From an uncultured delta proteobacterium (GTDB taxonomy: Bacteria > Desulfobacterota > RBG-13-43-22), in contig CAWDKY010000017.1 in NCBI GenBank assembly GCA_963802945.1, positions 320,001 to 384,000 of the forward strand: DNA of 64,000 nt, read 5' to 3'. The notes beneath the pieces are model-generated. The model was not told where the DNA came from. It worked only from the letters and a program-made list of their open reading frames with translations, and made no database searches. Positions 59,781-64,000 of this stretch are shown here, one piece after another; the first letter of the stretch is position 1; each line of letters starts with the position of its first letter. The translations under genes were made by a program, and so were the position numbers.

Positions 59781-60443
59781 TTATCTGGTTGAAAGGAGGG
59801 GGCTTCTGAGCTGGTTATAAATCTGCATCACCTTTTGGACGTAGGTTTTGGTTTCCTGATAGGGAGGAATCCCTTTATACAGGTTGACTTTCTCCGGACC
59901 GGCATTATAAGCCGCCAGGGCCAGAGAAATATCCTGGTTATAAATATCCATGAGATACCTCAAGTAACGGGTGCCGCCGTCGATATTTTCTTTTGGGCTG
60001 AAGGCGTCCGACACCTGAAGATATCTGGCAGTTTGGGGCATAAGCTGCATCAGCCCCTGGGCACCCTTGGGAGAAATGGCCTGGGGATCAAAATTGGATT
60101 CCACATGAATAATGGCCTGAATGAGTTTGGGGTCGATCCCGTATTGTTGCGAGGCCTCGTCAATATGAGGGACCACAAGGGGATAATTGCTTAAATTGGA
60201 GATGGCTGAAGAAAAGCCTTTTGGGTTTCCCTTGGGAGGGAATGAAGTCCGGCTCTTTTGCTGTTCTTTAAGAAAGAGCTGGTATTTGGAGTCGGTGGGG
60301 GCATTGGTAAAATGGACCACACCGTTTTCATCCTGATAACGATAGATATCGGCCCTTAGGGAGAAGGGAATCCATGGGATACCAAGGGCCAGCAACCAGA
60401 AGAGGATTAAAGGTTTGTCTTTCGTCAAGAGGAATCGAACCAT
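59781..60443 (-). CDS. Lytic transglycosylase (DUF4124 + SLT domains)
   Basis: DIYRYQDENGVVHFTN, VESNF, GAQGLMQLMP, AAYNAG. Confidence 0.92.
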   Translation of the reverse strand: MVRFLLTKDKPLILFWLLALGIPWIPFSLRADIYRYQDENGVVHFTNAPTDSKYQLFLKEQQKSRTSFPPKGNPKGFSSAISNLSNYPLVVPHIDEASQQYGIDPKLIQAIIHVESNFDPQAISPKGAQGLMQLMPQTARYLQVSDAFSPKENIDGGTRYLRYLMDIYNQDISLALAAYNAGPEKVNLYKGIPPYQETKTYVQKVMQIYNQLRSPLLSTR

Positions 60444-60446
60444 GGA

Positions 60447-61097
60447 TTATTTTTTCCCCGGGATTTTTTTCCAGTCTGCCAAAAATTTCTGAATCCCGAT
60501 ATCGGTCAGGGGGTGCTGGGTCAACTGCAAAAGGACCTTATAGGGTATAGTGGCAATGTCGGCCCCCATCAAGGCTGCGGTCAGGACATGGACCGGATGG
60601 CGAATGGAGGCCACGATGATTTCCGTTTCAAAGCCATAATTATTAAAAATAGTCACAATCTGGTCGACAATTTCCATTCCATCTTGAGAAATATCGTCCA
60701 GACGGCCTACGAATGGGCTGACGTAGGTGGCCCCAGCCTTGGCCGCCAGCAGGGCCTGAACCGGAGAAAAAATCAAGGTGACATTGGTTGGAATCCCTAA
60801 TTCGGAAAGTTTTTTGACCGCCTTTAATCCTTCCGGGGTCATGGGGATTTTTACGGCAATATTTTTATGAATCCGGGCTAAGGATTGCGCTTCTTTGATC
60901 ATTTCAGGGGCGTTTTCGGAAATGACTTCGGCACTGACCGGTCCATCGACCAGCAGGCATATTTTTTTGATCAACTCACGGGGTTTCTCATTTTCCCTGG
61001 ACAAAAGGGAAGGATTGGTGGTCACGCCATCCACCAGCCCCAAGGCCACTGCGGCTTGAATTTCTTTGAGATTGGCCGTATCAATAAAAAATTTCAT
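60447..61097 (-). CDS. fsa: Transaldolase / fructose-6-phosphate aldolase
   Basis: [32 protein letters not shown]. Confidence 0.92.
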   Translation of the reverse strand: MKFFIDTANLKEIQAAVALGLVDGVTTNPSLLSRENEKPRELIKKICLLVDGPVSAEVISENAPEMIKEAQSLARIHKNIAVKIPMTPEGLKAVKKLSELGIPTNVTLIFSPVQALLAAKAGATYVSPFVGRLDDISQDGMEIVDQIVTIFNNYGFETEIIVASIRHPVHVLTAALMGADIATIPYKVLLQLTQHPLTDIGIQKFLADWKKIPGKK

Positions 61098-61127
61098 TGG
61101 GGGTTCCTTTCCAAATTAACTGATCAG

Positions 61128-61394
61128 CTATGAAGAACTCTGCTGTTTTGCCTGTTCAATAAATTTTTCCCGGCACTGGGTGCTGCAAAAATATTCATTT
61201 TCCCCGTTTGGACGATTCAGAATCAGGGCTTGCCTTTTAGGCAGGTAGACCTTACAGACCGGGTCCTGAACCATTTCGTCCTGTATTTCCTCCGGCGGTT
61301 TTCTTTTCGGCAGTTTCGGTGATGAAAGAAACCGTCGAAAGAACCGGTAAAGCAGATACCCGACCAGTAATAGTATAATCCATCTAAATAACAT
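61128..61394 (-). CDS. Membrane-anchored YHS/TRASH-domain protein
   Basis: TM helix, then MVQDPVCKVYLP..YFCS..C. Confidence 0.85.
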   Translation of the reverse strand: MLFRWIILLLVGYLLYRFFRRFLSSPKLPKRKPPEEIQDEMVQDPVCKVYLPKRQALILNRPNGENEYFCSTQCREKFIEQAKQQSSS

Positions 61395-61409
61395 TGTATA
61401 CCACTTTTT

Positions 61410-61912
61410 TTACTTTTTATCCACCAGGCGAAACAAGGCCTGTCCCTCGTTCCCCAATGCGTCCCTTAATTGAATCACGGTCTTTTGCAGAACCGGGTGG
61501 CGATAATCCGGGGCGATCTCCGCCATGGGTTCCAGAACAAACCTTCTCTTTTCCAGAAAAGGATGGGGAAGGGTTAAATCAGGGCTGTTCAGGACAAGCT
61601 GGTCGTAGAACAATAGATCCAGGTCAATGACCCGTGGGCCCCATTTGACGGTTCGTTCTCTGCCCATGGCGGTTTCTATCTCCAATATTTTCTGTAGCAG
61701 TATTTCTGGGAAAAGGGAGGTTTCCAAAAGGATAACCCCGTTGATAAACCATTCCGCCTCCTCTATACCCACCGGCTCGGTGAAGTACCAGGAAGATACC
61801 CGGATGATCCCCTGGCCTGGAATCGCTTGAAGCCTGGAAAGGGCGTTCAAACAATTTTTTTTTTATCTCCCCGATTGGAGCCCAATCCAATAAAGGCCTG
61901 ATGTCCGGCCAT
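61410..61912 (-). CDS. folK: 2-amino-4-hydroxy-6-hydroxymethyldihydropteridine diphosphokinase, apparent frameshift in an A10 run
   Basis: MAGHQAFIGLGSN.GD, then SS.Y.TEP, FING, WGPRVIDLDLL, LPHP. Confidence 0.92.
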
Positions 61913-63081
61913 TAAAACCCTGCCTTGCTCAAGCGCACAACGGCTTCCTTAAGTCGCTCTTCAGGGACGGTTAGGGAGATCCGGAAATATCCTTCACCGG
62001 GGTCTCCAAAACCGTTTCCCGGCGTGGTGACAAGGCCGGTTTGCTCTAAAAGATGGAGGGTGGTTTGTGTTGAAGTATATCCTTTGGGGCATTCAATCCA
62101 GAGATAAAAACTGGCCTTAGGGACTTCGACCCCCAGGCCGATTTTTTTTAAACCGGCCACCATCAGGTCTCTCCGTTTTTGATAGACGGCATTTAACTCG
62201 GTCAGACAATCCTGAGGTCCTTCCAGGGCCTCTATGCCGGCCCATTGAATGGCCTGGGCCGCACCCGAATCAATATTACTTTTAATTTGACTCAAACCGG
62301 CGATTAAACGGGTATGGCCTACTGCAAAACCGATACGCCAGCCGGTCATGTTATAGGTCTTGGACAGGGAATGGAATTCGATTCCCACTTCTTTGGCCCC
62401 GGGAATCTCCATAAAACTCAAGGGCCGATAACCGTCATAGGCGATCTCGGAATAGGCCGCATCGTGGGCAACGATCACCTGGTTTTCTTGGGCGAAGCGG
62501 ACCACCTGTTCAAAAAATGCCCGGTCAGCCACGGCCGCAGTAGGATTGTTGGGGTAATTGAGAAACAGGATTTTTGCCCGGCCAGCCACTTCCTTGGGGA
62601 TTTTCGATAGGTCCGGTAAGAACCGGTTTTCTTTTAAGAGCGGCAGAAAATAAGATTGTCCGCCGGCAAACAAGGTTCCGATATGATAAACCGGGTATCC
62701 GGGGCTGGTGATCAGGGACAAATCCCCTGGATTCAAAAAGGCCAAGGGGAAATGGGCGATCCCTTCTTTGGAGCCGATCAAAGTGACCACTTCCTTTTCC
62801 GGGTCCAGGGTCACTCCAAAACGGCGCTGATACCAGGAGGCCACGACCTTAAGAAATTCATTCATGCCGGAGTATGAGGGATAGCGGTGATTCTTGGGGT
62901 CCAGGGTGGCCTGGTTCATTCGATTGAGAATATGAGCCGGGGTTGGCAGGTCCGGATCGCCCACCCCCAGGTCGATGATATCCACTCCCTTGGACTGCAC
63001 CTCGACCTTGAGGCGGTCGATCTCCTTAAAGAGATAAGGAGGGAGTTGTTCGAGACGATCTGACGGTTGAATCCAATCCAT
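61912..63081 (-). CDS. dapL: LL-diaminopimelate aminotransferase
   Basis: LPPYLF, LGVGDPD, GSKEG, NYPNNPT, DAAY, SLSKTYNMTGWR; adjacent to dapB. Confidence 0.88.
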   Translation of the reverse strand: MDWIQPSDRLEQLPPYLFKEIDRLKVEVQSKGVDIIDLGVGDPDLPTPAHILNRMNQATLDPKNHRYPSYSGMNEFLKVVASWYQRRFGVTLDPEKEVVTLIGSKEGIAHFPLAFLNPGDLSLITSPGYPVYHIGTLFAGGQSYFLPLLKENRFLPDLSKIPKEVAGRAKILFLNYPNNPTAAVADRAFFEQVVRFAQENQVIVAHDAAYSEIAYDGYRPLSFMEIPGAKEVGIEFHSLSKTYNMTGWRIGFAVGHTRLIAGLSQIKSNIDSGAAQAIQWAGIEALEGPQDCLTELNAVYQKRRDLMVAGLKKIGLGVEVPKASFYLWIECPKGYTSTQTTLHLLEQTGLVTTPGNGFGDPGEGYFRISLTVPEERLKEAVVRLSKAGF

Positions 63082-63236
63082 AAAAAAACTCCTTTTTTCA
63101 ACTTCTTTATTTATTGCAGGATGCCTGATACTCGATACAAGAGGCACGATTCAAGATGAAAGATGAAAATTCGACAATCAAAAAACCGGTGTCCCGTTTT
63201 TCGTATTATGGATCCTGAATCCTGTATCAGGTATCT

Positions 63237-64000
63237 TTAGCTCTTAAATCCCAGCACATCATGCATATCGTACAGCCCGTTCTTTTGATTGATGATCCAG
63301 CGGGCCGCACGGAGGGCCCCCCGGACGAAGGTATCGCGGCTATGGGCCCGGTGGGTGATCTCGATCCGCTCCCCCATACCGCCGAAAAGGATGGTATGCT
63401 CGCCGATAATATCCCCGGCCCTGAAGGTTTGGATACCGATTTCTTCAGGCTTCCGTTCCCCGATAATACCTTTCCGCTCATAAACCGCCACTTTCTCCAA
63501 ATCCTGAGAACGGGCCTGGGCTAGGATCTGGGCCAGCTTCATCGCCGTGCCGCTGGGGGCATCTTTTTTCATCTTATGATGAACCTCAAGAATCTCAATG
63601 TCAAAGCCTTCTCCCAGGGCCTTGGCCACATCTCCCACCATCTTAAACAGGACATTCACCCCGACGCTCATGCTGGGGGCCAGTACGCAGGGGACGGATT
63701 GACATAAGGTCTTTACCTCTTCCATCTCTTCACCCGTGAAACCCGTACTGCCGATGACAATCGGTTTCTTCCTCCCGGCCGCTATATGTAAATGTTCCAT
63801 CGAAGCCGTATGAAAGGTGAAGTCAATAATAACCTCCCCCTCGTCGATCACCTGCTGAAGATCAGAGGCGATGCTCAGACCCATTTTCCCCAATCCCAAA
63901 GATTCTCCAAGATCTTTGTTGACCAAGGGATGATCGGCTTTTTCAAAGGCACCGACTACGGTCATATCTTGAGTTTCATTGATCAGTTGGACGATCCTGC
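63237..64000 (-). CDS. dapB: 4-hydroxy-tetrahydrodipicolinate reductase, 5' end outside the window
   Basis: IIDFT, VIGSTG, EVHHKMKKDAPSGTA, GEHTI, HRAHSR. Confidence 0.96.
   Translation of the reverse strand, partial: RIVQLINETQDMTVVGAFEKADHPLVNKDLGESLGLGKMGLSIASDLQQVIDEGEVIIDFTFHTASMEHLHIAAGRKKPIVIGSTGFTGEEMEEVKTLCQSVPCVLAPSMSVGVNVLFKMVGDVAKALGEGFDIEILEVHHKMKKDAPSGTAMKLAQILAQARSQDLEKVAVYERKGIIGERKPEEIGIQTFRAGDIIGEHTILFGGMGERIEITHRAHSRDTFVRGALRAARWIINQKNGLYDMHDVLGFKS

Overview
Bacterial chromosomal window of moderate GC. Gene content (orp-like cluster, sigma-54 activator, LptD, LL-DAP aminotransferase, multiheme cytochrome) suggests an anaerobic Gram-negative, probably Desulfobacterota. Left to right: CCG/Fe-S and FAD oxidoreductase genes; an Orange-protein-like (orp) Fe-S/NifB-NifX cluster with its sigma-54 activator; a 5.5-kb sulfur-transfer module bracketed by a 54-bp duplicated promoter/operator; an arsenic-resistance operon; uvrD/pcrA-folC; an MSHA-like type IV pilus locus with two GT-C glycosyltransferases and two tandem minor-pilin cassettes; lptD; an AT-rich islet at tRNA-Leu; and housekeeping genes (murJ, tRNA-Pro, rdgB, rph, csp, pgsA, slt, fsa, folK, dapL, dapB). 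Top finding: two ORFs that the track lists separately (15483-15692 and 14403-15326) are one reading frame broken by a single TGA that is immediately followed by a SECIS-like hairpin. This predicts an exported 11-heme c-type cytochrome with selenocysteine (GEG-U-AG), translationally coupled to an exported double rhodanese and close to a CoA-disulfide/persulfide reductase. Second finding: two unrelated-looking 4-gene minor-pilin cassettes share a ~450-bp duplicated leader. From about 20 kb onward many single-base frameshifts hit essential genes and are most likely sequencing errors. All calls are by eye, with no database searches.
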